The notes under the pieces were generated by a model, which saw nothing but the letters and a program-made list of their open reading frames with translations, did not search any database and was not told the origin of the DNA. A DNA stretch of 32,000 nucleotides from contig CAZIPU010000001.1 of assembly GCA_964541005.1 (NCBI GenBank), positions 4,493 to 36,492 of the forward strand, in the 5' to 3' direction. This DNA comes from an uncultured Syntrophales bacterium (GTDB lineage Bacteria > Desulfobacterota > Syntrophia > Syntrophales > JAAYKM01). Positions within the stretch are counted from its first letter, which is position 1, and the number at the start of each line of letters is the position of its first letter. This document shows positions 8,643 to 17,016 of the stretch, in pieces. The position numbers and the translations under genes were made by a program.

Positions 8643-8666
8643 CCGGAGGCATTACAGGGAGCGGGG

Positions 8667-9566
8667 TTGAAAGATCGCTTTTATCGAATTCTAACGGTTC
8701 TGTCGAAAGGAGCAGGCCTGTGGCTGTTTCGCCTCGTTGCCTGGGGGATTGCCTCGGGATATTTTTTCCTGTTCCCTTCCCGTGTTGCCGTCAGTGTCCG
8801 TTTTTACCGGGCCCTTTTCCCGTTCCGGAGCCGGGCCTATCACCTCTTCTGTGCCTGGAAGCAATTTCATCACTTCACCCATGTCTTTCTCGACCGCCTG
8901 CTCTGCGATGAAGACTATCCGCTGAAAATGGTCCAGGACGGTACGGCATATCTCGAACAGGCCATCGGGAACAAAGAAGGAGGGATTCTCCTGATGTCCC
9001 ATCTGGGCAACTGGGAACTGGCCGCCCGGAAGCTCCTGAAACTTTACGGCCGGGTCTGTCCTGACATGAAGCTGCTTCTGTACCTGGGACGGAAGCACAA
9101 GGAGCAGATCGAGGGGAGGCAGAAACAGGACCTGGCCGCTCAGGGAATAGAAATTATCGCCGTGGATCCCCACGGGGCGTCTCCCGTTGATCTGGTGGAG
9201 GGAATTCATTTCCTGAAAAAGGGGGGCCTCGTATCCATGACGGGGGACCGGAGGTGGTGGGAGGATCAGCGTTATGTCCCGGTAAGCTTTCTGGGCTGTG
9301 AAGCCCGTCTCCCCGAGGCGCCTTTTGTCTTATCCCTGCTCTCGGGCAAGCCGATTTATATCTTTTTCGCCCATCGCGTGGCCCGTCACACCCACCGTTT
9401 CCGCATTCTCCCCCCCCTGTACGTCCAGGCCGGAAACAGAAGCGAACGGCAGGACGCTGTCCGACGGGCGGCCCAGATATATGCGGATCACCTGGAAGAG
9501 ATGGTCCGGAAGGCACCCTTCGAGTGGTTCCATTTTGAACCTTTTATCGGCAGGAAGTGGTCATGA
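8667..9566 (+). CDS. LpxL/HtrB-family lysophospholipid/lipid A-type acyltransferase (APE ApeD-like)
   Basis: 299 aa with a TTG start. N-terminal TM segment, MSHLGNWELAARKL (HxxNWE catalytic motif), VSMTGDRRW. Confidence 0.8.
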   Translation: MKDRFYRILTVLSKGAGLWLFRLVAWGIASGYFFLFPSRVAVSVRFYRALFPFRSRAYHLFCAWKQFHHFTHVFLDRLLCDEDYPLKMVQDGTAYLEQAIGNKEGGILLMSHLGNWELAARKLLKLYGRVCPDMKLLLYLGRKHKEQIEGRQKQDLAAQGIEIIAVDPHGASPVDLVEGIHFLKKGGLVSMTGDRRWWEDQRYVPVSFLGCEARLPEAPFVLSLLSGKPIYIFFAHRVARHTHRFRILPPLYVQAGNRSERQDAVRRAAQIYADHLEEMVRKAPFEWFHFEPFIGRKWS

Positions 9567-9600
9567 GCTTCGCCCCGCTTCATGAAATCAAAGAACGGCC

Positions 9601-10005
9601 ATGAAACGACTCGCCAGGCGCATAGCGGCATCCCTGCTCCGCCGGGACGCCATCAGAAAAGCCGTTGCGGAAGGGGGCGATTTTCGTGTATATAGGAACC
9701 GGCCGACTCCCCAGGTAATGGCAGGTTTATTCCTTATTCTATGTAGTTACGTAATCGGATGGCCTGTCATCATCGTTTTGGGATGGATTGCCAATCAGGT
9801 CAAGGAACCCTTGTGGATCGTTGTCGGTGGCCCGCTGATGTACGGTTTGTCCAACCTGATGTTTAACATCGGCGCGTACATCGCCGGTCGCAAGTATGTG
9901 ACGGCCCTGATGAAATGGCTGATCAAGGTCACATTTGAAAAAATCCTCGGACCGGAGAATCTGCTCCCTCACGGTCACGAAGAACGGAATATTAATCGGT
10001 CCTGA
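9601..10005 (+). CDS. Small integral membrane protein, function unknown
   Basis: 134 aa. Two clear hydrophobic helices (VMAGLFLILCSYVIGWPVIIVLGWI; LWIVVGGPLMYGLSNLMFNIGAYIAG). Codon usage matches its neighbours. No motif recognised. Confidence 0.6.
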   Translation: MKRLARRIAASLLRRDAIRKAVAEGGDFRVYRNRPTPQVMAGLFLILCSYVIGWPVIIVLGWIANQVKEPLWIVVGGPLMYGLSNLMFNIGAYIAGRKYVTALMKWLIKVTFEKILGPENLLPHGHEERNINRS

Positions 10006-10076
10006 AAAGACACGCCTCGGACGCCAGGGGGTGAGACGGTCTTTCTTGGGCGTGCATATCAGGCAGAAGGAATGTC

Positions 10077-10343
10077 ATGGATGAATTAATAGAAGAACTG
10101 AAAATCAAAATCATCAATACCCTGAACCTTATCGATGTCAAACCTGAAGACATTGATATCCAGGCCCAGCTCGTCGGAGGTGACCTCGGCCTGGATTCCA
10201 TCGACGTTTTGGAACTGGTCATGATGCTTGAAGAGGACTACGGCGTGATCATCGATACCAAGGAACTGGGCATGGAGGTGTTCGCCTCCCTGGGGGCGCT
10301 GGCGGAACACGTCCATCATCACCGGTCGGAGAAAGGTGATTGA
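10077..10343 (+). CDS. Acyl carrier protein (ACP-2)
   Basis: 88 aa, LGLDSIDVLELVMMLEEDYG (DSxD/helix II). GAAGGA Shine-Dalgarno about 6 nt upstream. The stop overlaps the KS start. Confidence 0.9.
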   Translation: MDELIEELKIKIINTLNLIDVKPEDIDIQAQLVGGDLGLDSIDVLELVMMLEEDYGVIIDTKELGMEVFASLGALAEHVHHHRSEKGD

Positions 10344-12517
10344 GCGGCCCGCGTATTTTCATCACATCGATGGGGATTGTCAGCCCTTTCGGTGAAGGGA
10401 TCGGGAAAAATCTTTCGACCCTGAAAGACGCCGTCTCGGCCCTTGCCCCTCTCCGGCTGTTTTCCGCCTCCCATGACCCCTTGCCGGTCGGAGAAATCCC
10501 CTCAATCAGCGTTCCGGGAGACCTGCCCCGCACCCATGTCCTGGCCATGATGGCGGCCGAAGAGGCCATGAAAGGGATCAGCGGTCCGCCCGATGCCGTC
10601 ATCATCGGAACCACCACGGGAGGGATGACCGCAACCGAGGAATATCTCAAACAGGGGGAAAAGGAACCCTCTCTGTATCGTAATCATTCGGCAGGGTCGG
10701 TGACGGAGGCGATTGCCGCCCGCTTCGGTTGCCGGGGACCGGTGCTGACGGTTTCGACCGCCTGTTCATCGGGAACGGTGGCGGTCAAGATCGCTCTGGA
10801 ACTGCTCCGTTCGGGGAAGGCCCTGCGGGTTCTGGCCGGAGGGGCGGACGCCCTGTGCCGGCTCACCTACTACGGATTTCATTCCCTCCAACTCGTCGAT
10901 CCGGGAGGAGCGCATCCCTTTGATTCGGGAAGGAAAGGCATGTCCGTGGCGGAGGGGGCGGCCATGTTCCTCCTGACGGCAGCCGATACCCCGCCTGAGG
11001 GGGCCGTCGCGGAACTTCTCGGCGGCGCCCTGACCTGCGACGCCTATCACCCGGCAGCGCCTCATCCCTCCGGAGAAGGGGCAAGGAGAGCCATGGAAGA
11101 CGCCCTTGCCGATGCCGGCGTTGCCCGGGAGGAAATCGATTACATTCATCTGCACGGAACAGGGACCCCGGAAAACGATCTCGCCGAAGGGCGGGCTGTT
11201 AGCGCCCTCTTCGGCGGCCGGCCCATGCCTCCCCTGTCGTCCCTGAAGGGCGCCTGGGGACATTCCCTCGCCGCAGCAGGGGCGATGGGAACCGTCGTGT
11301 CCGCCCTGGCCGTTCACAAGGGTTTTATTCCTCCCAATGTGGGGATTCGCAGCCCCGATCCGGAAACCGCTCTGGCACCCGTAACCGCTTATCAGGCAGG
11401 CGATGTCAGGCAGGTCCTGGTCAATTCATTCGGTTTCGGCGGCAATAACGCCGTTCTGGTTCTGGGCCGGCCCGGCAATGGGAAACGGGCGATTCCGGTC
11501 CGGAAAAACGATGAATCCATCCCGTTTTTTGTCCACGGCCGGTCCTGCCTGACCGGGGCGGGCGATACGGACAGCACCCTCGACCTGTTAAGCAGGGGAA
11601 AAGAACTGAAGGGAATGGTCCCGTCCCCGGACCTGATGAAGCATCTCTCGGGCAAGGCCGTACGTCGTCTGAAACGCCTGTCACGGATGGTGCTTTCTCT
11701 CGGAGTCTCCGCCTGTGCGGGAAAACAAAAAGACGATTTGCCGAGGGCGATCTTTTTCGGTACCCGCTGGGGAGCGCTTTCCGAAACCCATGATTTCCTG
11801 GCCAAGCTCTTCGAGATGGATGAACGTTTTACCAGTCCCACCGATTTTATCGGATCGGTCCATAACGCACCGGCGGGACAGGCGGCGATCCACTTCCAGG
11901 CCCCGGGTCCGAATGTCACCATTGCCGGCGGCAACGGATCGTTCGAGCAGGCCCTCTTCTCCGCCGGTCTTGTGTGCCGCGAGGAATCGCTCCTTCTTGT
12001 CGGGGCCGATGAATACAACGAACATCTGTCTCCCCTGTTCGATCCGGAGGCGTCGTCGGAGGAAAGGCCCACGGACGGCGGCGGTGCGCTTTACCTGAAG
12101 CGGGAAAAAGGGGGGGCGACCAGCCGGGTGGCCCCGGTCTTTACGGGTTTTTCCGGCAGCGACGAATCGGTCATCAGGGAACTGATCATGAAACTGGGAG
12201 GGCGTGTCCGCATCCGGGAACGATTCGGCCTGATCCTGGCAGGCATGCCCGCGTCATTTCGAGACCAGGGAAGGCGCCAGGGGGATGCTTTTCTTGCCGA
12301 AACGGCTTATCCGCATCCCTTTATCGATTATCGACGGTTTGTCGGCGAATGCGCCTCGGCCTCCGCCGTGGCGACGGTTCTCGCGGTTCTTTTCGTCGAG
12401 CAGGGAACGGCGCCGGGAGGGATCTGTGGCGGCACACCGGCCGATCTCAACGGGCGGGGCATTCTCGTGCTCGGCTTCGGCCGTCACGTGACAGCCCTGG
12501 AGGTGATGCCATGCTGA
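10340..12517 (+). CDS. Fused ketosynthase + chain-length-factor-like domain (KS-CLF didomain)
   Basis: 725 aa with a TTG start overlapping the ACP-2 stop. N-half motifs: IFITSMGIVSPFG, TVSTACSSGT (Cys), HLHGTGTPEND (His), GAWGHSLAAAG (His), NSFGFGGNNAVLVL. The C-half (about 320 aa) is thiolase-like but has TIAGGNGSFEQAL where the active Cys should be, plus TSPTDFIGSVHNAPAGQ, resembling ApeC-type CLFs. Confidence 0.8.
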   Translation: MSGPRIFITSMGIVSPFGEGIGKNLSTLKDAVSALAPLRLFSASHDPLPVGEIPSISVPGDLPRTHVLAMMAAEEAMKGISGPPDAVIIGTTTGGMTATEEYLKQGEKEPSLYRNHSAGSVTEAIAARFGCRGPVLTVSTACSSGTVAVKIALELLRSGKALRVLAGGADALCRLTYYGFHSLQLVDPGGAHPFDSGRKGMSVAEGAAMFLLTAADTPPEGAVAELLGGALTCDAYHPAAPHPSGEGARRAMEDALADAGVAREEIDYIHLHGTGTPENDLAEGRAVSALFGGRPMPPLSSLKGAWGHSLAAAGAMGTVVSALAVHKGFIPPNVGIRSPDPETALAPVTAYQAGDVRQVLVNSFGFGGNNAVLVLGRPGNGKRAIPVRKNDESIPFFVHGRSCLTGAGDTDSTLDLLSRGKELKGMVPSPDLMKHLSGKAVRRLKRLSRMVLSLGVSACAGKQKDDLPRAIFFGTRWGALSETHDFLAKLFEMDERFTSPTDFIGSVHNAPAGQAAIHFQAPGPNVTIAGGNGSFEQALFSAGLVCREESLLLVGADEYNEHLSPLFDPEASSEERPTDGGGALYLKREKGGATSRVAPVFTGFSGSDESVIRELIMKLGGRVRIRERFGLILAGMPASFRDQGRRQGDAFLAETAYPHPFIDYRRFVGECASASAVATVLAVLFVEQGTAPGGICGGTPADLNGRGILVLGFGRHVTALEVMPC

Positions 12518-13992
12518 AGCAAATCCGCGAGCCCGGCAGGATACTGATTATCGGCTCCGGTGCCGGCGGCCTGACGGCGGGAATTATCCTGGCTAAACTG
12601 GGCTATCCTGTGACGATCGCGGAAAAAAACATCCAGGCGGGCGGGTTGATGCACAATTATCGCCGCCGGGGCTTCGATTGTCCCGTTGGGGTGCATTACC
12701 TGGGATCCCTGGATTCCGGTCAGCCCCTCCGGCGATTATGGGATTATCTGGGCGTAACGGAAAAGATTCCCCTGGAACGCATGGGAACGTCAGGCCCCAT
12801 CGATCGCTATGTCTTTGACGATTTTCATTTCGATTTACCCGAGGGGGTGCCGGCTTTTGAAGAAAACCTGATGCAGGCCTTCCCGGAAGAGCACAAGCAG
12901 ATTGCGTCGGTTATGGCAGAGCTTACGGAGGTCAGTGGCAGCTTTGCGCGCCTCGACATGCTTTTGTCTCCGGAAGGGGTACCCGTTTCCGTGGAGAGTT
13001 TTTCTCCCATGGGGGAACATCTTGACCGCCTGGGTTGTTCGGAACGTCTGAAAAGCGTCCTGGGTGTTCCTTCCATGCTTATCGGGCTGTCCCTTCAGGA
13101 ATGTCCCCTTTTTTACTATTACCTGACCCTCTCCTCTTACCTTCTGTCATCCTGGCGGCTGAGGGACAACAGTTCCCGCATGGCGGAGGCATTTGCCGGT
13201 CGGTTCCGTGCATTGGGAGGACAACTGGTACTTGGAGACGGCGTCAAACGCATTCTTGCCGAATCGGGCAGGATAAGGGGCGTGCGGCTTCAATCCGGCC
13301 GCGAGATCGATGCGGATACCATTATTGCCGCCGTTCATCCCCAGGCCGTCACGGCCATGCTGCCCGAAGGCGTGCTGCGGCCTGACCAGGCGGAACGGAT
13401 CGCTCGGCTCGAAAACACCAAGGGTCTGTTTGTCGTAACGCTGTCCGTTGCAGACAGTGTTAATGAAGCTCTTCCCTATAATATTTACCGGCTCCACCCC
13501 GAAGCGGATGGCTCCCTTGCAAAGGGATCGTTTCACCAGATACGAAAGGGCAATCAAGCCGGGACGAATCTCCTGACCATGATGGCCACCAGCAGCATCA
13601 AGGAATGGCAGCCTTGGGAACAGACCGTGTCGGGCCGGCGTGGGGGCGACTATAAATGCGAAAAGAGAAACAGAGCGGAGGCGTTCATCACCGAAGCGAC
13701 GGCACTTTTCGGCCCCCTGAAAGGAAAGGGAATCGTTGATATTTATACCCCCCTGACGATCCGGGATTGGGTCGGAAGCCCCGGCGGATCGGCCTACGGG
13801 ATCAGGCGTTCGTCGTCACAGCTGATGAGGACGGCTTTTCTGAACCGGCCGGCCGTCAAGGGGCTTTTTTTTGCGGGACAGAATATTCTCGCCCCCGGAA
13901 TCATGGGAACGACCCTGGGGTCATTCCAGGTCATCAAACGGATTATCGGCCAGGAACATTTCGGTCGAACAGTACTGGAGGGGCTGCGTTGA
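12511..13992 (+). CDS. FAD-dependent oxidoreductase of the phytoene desaturase (CrtI/CrtD-like) family
   Basis: Track ORF 12349..13992. I place the start at ATG 12511 (MLKQIREPGRILIIGSGAGGLTAGIILAKLGYPVTIAEKN, a GxGxxG dinucleotide fold ending in E). C-terminal GLFFAGQNILAPGIMGTTLGS is typical of this family. ATGCTGA overlaps the KS-CLF stop. Confidence 0.8.
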   Translation: MLKQIREPGRILIIGSGAGGLTAGIILAKLGYPVTIAEKNIQAGGLMHNYRRRGFDCPVGVHYLGSLDSGQPLRRLWDYLGVTEKIPLERMGTSGPIDRYVFDDFHFDLPEGVPAFEENLMQAFPEEHKQIASVMAELTEVSGSFARLDMLLSPEGVPVSVESFSPMGEHLDRLGCSERLKSVLGVPSMLIGLSLQECPLFYYYLTLSSYLLSSWRLRDNSSRMAEAFAGRFRALGGQLVLGDGVKRILAESGRIRGVRLQSGREIDADTIIAAVHPQAVTAMLPEGVLRPDQAERIARLENTKGLFVVTLSVADSVNEALPYNIYRLHPEADGSLAKGSFHQIRKGNQAGTNLLTMMATSSIKEWQPWEQTVSGRRGGDYKCEKRNRAEAFITEATALFGPLKGKGIVDIYTPLTIRDWVGSPGGSAYGIRRSSSQLMRTAFLNRPAVKGLFFAGQNILAPGIMGTTLGSFQVIKRIIGQEHFGRTVLEGLR

Positions 13993-15338
13993 TCATATTG
14001 CTGATTTCCACCAATACCATGACGGATCCCTATCCGACTTATCCCATCGGTCTGGACTATGTCGCCCATGCCATTCCCCCCCACCACAAAGTCGTGATGG
14101 TCGACCTGAACGACCCGGGAGAGAATAAAACACTCGCAGGGATCCTTACTGAAGAGCACCCCGACCTTATTGGCCTGTCGATCCGGAATATCGACAATAC
14201 GGAAGCCGTGAATGTGAAAAGCTTCTCCGAAGGCATGTGCGATCTGATACGCCTCATTCGACGCCATACCAGGGCAAAGATCGTTCTTGGGGGAAGCGGG
14301 TTCACAATCCTGCCCGGTGAATGGATGCGCCTTCTTGACGCGGATTATGGCGTCATCGGGGAAGGGGAACGCCTGCCCCTTTTGCTGGATGCCCTGGAAA
14401 GAAACGAGACGACTTCCGGTCTGCCGGGCATCATGACGAAAGAGGATCCCGTGATTTTCCCGGAACCCTGGACGGGCACATTCCATCGCGGGCCTTTTTT
14501 CTCCCGGGCCTATACGTCTTTTTACCTGAAAAAGGGGGGCATGCTCAACCTGCAGACCAAACGGGGTTGCCCCTTCAAATGTATCTATTGTACTTACCCT
14601 CATATCGAGGGGAAAACGTTCCGTTTTGTACCTCCCGATGAAGCGGCTGAAACAGCGCGGATGCTCCAGGACGCCGGCGCGCGCTACCTCTACATGACCG
14701 ATTCGACCTTCAACGGAAATTACGAGCATAGCCTGGCCGTTGCCGAAGCTTTCAAGAAAGCGGGCGTTTCCATCCCCTGGGGGGGCTTCTTCACCCCGAC
14801 CCGACCCCCTGCCGATTATTACCGTATCCTTGCGGAGGCGGGACTCCGGCATGTGGAATTCGGAACGGAGGCCCTGAATAATCCCATGCTGGCGGCATAC
14901 CGGAAACCGTTCAATCTCGAAGATGTCCGGATGGCCCATCGCTTTGCTCTGGAGGCGGGTCTTCATATCGCCCATTACCTCATGCTGGGCGGCCCCGGAG
15001 AAAGCGAGGCCACCCTTCAGGAAACACTTGAAAATTCTAATGATCTGGTGAAGGCTGTCTACTTCATGTTCAGCGGAATACGGATCTATCCGCACACGGA
15101 CCTGTACGACCTGGCCTTGCGGGAGGAACAGATCCAACCGGGCACGAATTTACTGAAGCCCACGTTTTACTGGTCCCCGGGCCTAAACCGACGGAGAGCC
15201 ATGACGCTGATCACGAATCATGCGGAGGGACGAAGCAACTGGCTTGTCGGCTCCGGGGCGGAAAAAACATCCAGGATTCTTTCACGGCTTTACGCCCGGG
15301 GTCACGTGGGCCCCCTTTGGGAGCACATGATCCGATGA
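13989..15338 (+). CDS. B12-binding-domain radical SAM enzyme (lipid-cluster type)
   Basis: Track ORF 13767..15338. I place the start at TTG 13989 (TTGA overlap with the desaturase stop), giving (M)IILLISTNTMTDPYPTYPIGLDYVAHAI. Further motifs: IVLGGSGFT and LNLQTKRGCPFKCIYCTYP (CxxxCxxC, about nt 14568-14591). Confidence 0.85.
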   Translation: MIILLISTNTMTDPYPTYPIGLDYVAHAIPPHHKVVMVDLNDPGENKTLAGILTEEHPDLIGLSIRNIDNTEAVNVKSFSEGMCDLIRLIRRHTRAKIVLGGSGFTILPGEWMRLLDADYGVIGEGERLPLLLDALERNETTSGLPGIMTKEDPVIFPEPWTGTFHRGPFFSRAYTSFYLKKGGMLNLQTKRGCPFKCIYCTYPHIEGKTFRFVPPDEAAETARMLQDAGARYLYMTDSTFNGNYEHSLAVAEAFKKAGVSIPWGGFFTPTRPPADYYRILAEAGLRHVEFGTEALNNPMLAAYRKPFNLEDVRMAHRFALEAGLHIAHYLMLGGPGESEATLQETLENSNDLVKAVYFMFSGIRIYPHTDLYDLALREEQIQPGTNLLKPTFYWSPGLNRRRAMTLITNHAEGRSNWLVGSGAEKTSRILSRLYARGHVGPLWEHMIR

Positions 15339-16159
15339 CCGGCCCGGAAACGGAAGGAGGGGGACTGTCCCCCGCCGGCATATCCGGTTTGATCGCCCTT
15401 TCCCTGGCATCGCTGCTGGCGGTCTTTCATCCGCCGTCGGCGGTCATCCCCCTGGCGTCTTACGTTCTGATCTGCCTGGGAGCACCGTTTTTCCCGACCG
15501 TCGGTTTCTTTCTGCCCGTTTACAGCCGGGGACGCACCGGAAGATCCGTGGTTGCGATTACTTTCGATGACGGACCGGATCCGGAAACCACCCCTTTACT
15601 TCTGGAACTTCTTTGCCGATACCATGTAAAGGCAACCTTCTTCGTTACGGGAACGAGGGTGAAAGCGCATGGCGATCTCATTTCGGCCATCCTCGGGGAA
15701 GGCCACGATATCGGGAATCATTCCTTCAGTCATGATGTTTTCCTGATGTTCCGGACGATGAAGCGTCTTGCCGGGGAGGTGGCGATGACCCAGAGAAGCC
15801 TGCGGGGTTTCGGGTTCGTTCCCCTGGCCTTCAGGCCCCCGGTGGGAATTACAAACCCGAAGCTCGGACCTGTTTTACGCCGGCAAGGTCTTTTCTGCGT
15901 CAATTTTTCCTGCCGGGCTTACGACGGCGGCAACCGGTTCGTCCGGGGGATGGCCGGCCGAATTCTGAAGAAAGTCAGGTCCGATGACATCATTGTATTG
16001 CATGATGTGCCACCGGGGAATGGGGTAACCGTACAGATCTGGCTTGAAGAAGTGGCATCCGTCCTTTCCGGGTTGGAAAAGAGGGGCCTGAGCGTTATTC
16101 CCCTGGCGGAACTCCTCGGGAGACCGATCATCGTCAGGGCAACGGGTGTTGGTCAATGA
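15335..16159 (+). CDS. Membrane-anchored polysaccharide deacetylase (NodB homology domain, CE4)
   Basis: ATG 15335 overlaps the radical SAM stop (ATGA). Two N-terminal TM helices, then VAITFDDGPDPETT (TFDDG) and GHDIGNHSFSHD (H-S-x-x-H). Confidence 0.85.
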   Translation: MTGPETEGGGLSPAGISGLIALSLASLLAVFHPPSAVIPLASYVLICLGAPFFPTVGFFLPVYSRGRTGRSVVAITFDDGPDPETTPLLLELLCRYHVKATFFVTGTRVKAHGDLISAILGEGHDIGNHSFSHDVFLMFRTMKRLAGEVAMTQRSLRGFGFVPLAFRPPVGITNPKLGPVLRRQGLFCVNFSCRAYDGGNRFVRGMAGRILKKVRSDDIIVLHDVPPGNGVTVQIWLEEVASVLSGLEKRGLSVIPLAELLGRPIIVRATGVGQ

Positions 16160-16229
16160 TCTTCGGAAGTTATAATGAGCAAAAAACTGTTGATACAGGG
16201 GGGGATCAATGGTATTTGGTTCCGGTTAA

Positions 16230-16670
16230 ATGGGCGCTCCTAAACAAGGATATTCTGCTTTGTGCGCCATGGATATGATGGAACAATGGCATCGCATATA
16301 TCATGAAACCGATCCGTCGGGTTCCGGAGTGATGATCAGGGCCTTGGCGCAAAGCGGATCCCCCTGGTTTTCCGGTCATTTCCCCGGAGAGCCGATTCTG
16401 CCGGGCATTGCCATCCTGTCCATGGTTAAGGAGGCCGTCCTGGCGGAGGAATCCCGCAAGGGAAGGCGTATTCGGATTCATGGAATCAACAGGGTTCGCT
16501 TCCGTCTGCCCGTCCGACCGGATGACCTGCTGACCCTGGCGTTTTCCATGTCCGGACAGGAAGGGAAGCCCGTTTATTCATTCAAGGTATCCCTGGACGG
16601 GAAAACGGTGTGCAACGGGATGATCGCCGCCGGGCTTCTGCCGGAGACGCTTCCGGCTTCCGATGGCTGA
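16230..16670 (+). CDS. FabZ/FabA-like hot-dog 3-hydroxyacyl-ACP dehydratase (APE ApeI/ApeP-like)
   Basis: 146 aa. WFSGHFPGEPILPGIAILSMVKEA is the FabZ catalytic His motif. The start is uncertain (ATG 16230 or ATG about 16270), and neither has a clear Shine-Dalgarno. Confidence 0.75.
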   Translation: MGAPKQGYSALCAMDMMEQWHRIYHETDPSGSGVMIRALAQSGSPWFSGHFPGEPILPGIAILSMVKEAVLAEESRKGRRIRIHGINRVRFRLPVRPDDLLTLAFSMSGQEGKPVYSFKVSLDGKTVCNGMIAAGLLPETLPASDG

Positions 16671-16755
16671 AAGGTGGAATAAAAGGACTTGAATGACCGG
16701 AAGGTCTTTTATAGATTCAAAGTGCAGTCATTTTAACGAGGAGGAATGGATACCC

Positions 16756-17016
16756 GTGAGTGCGGAAAACAAGGCCCTGATCATTCGCGTCGCCGAGATC
16801 GTCATTACCGAATTGAAGTTGCAGGACATTACGCCCGATACATTTGATCCCGATCTCGATCTTGTGGATGAACTGGGGGTGGACAGCATGGATCTGGCTA
16901 CGGTGGTCCTGGTTCTGCAGGACGAATATGGGATCACCATCGACGAGGACGACTATCCGAAATTGAGAAACATCCGCCTGATCGCAGAATATGTCGAACA
17001 GAAGCAGCGGGCGTAA
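16756..17016 (+). CDS. Acyl carrier protein (ACP-3)
   Basis: Track ORF 16693..17016. LVDELGVDSMDLATVVLVLQDEYG. I favour GTG 16756 (GAGGAGGA about 10 nt upstream), giving an 86-aa ACP. ATG 16693 is possible. Confidence 0.8.
   Translation: MSAENKALIIRVAEIVITELKLQDITPDTFDPDLDLVDELGVDSMDLATVVLVLQDEYGITIDEDDYPKLRNIRLIAEYVEQKQRA

Noticed and set aside
13794-15137. 447-aa minus-strand ORF
   Set aside because: It is antisense to the B12 radical SAM gene, which has the CxxxCxxC and B12-domain features. The long length is explained by GC-rich codon bias suppressing stops on the opposite strand.
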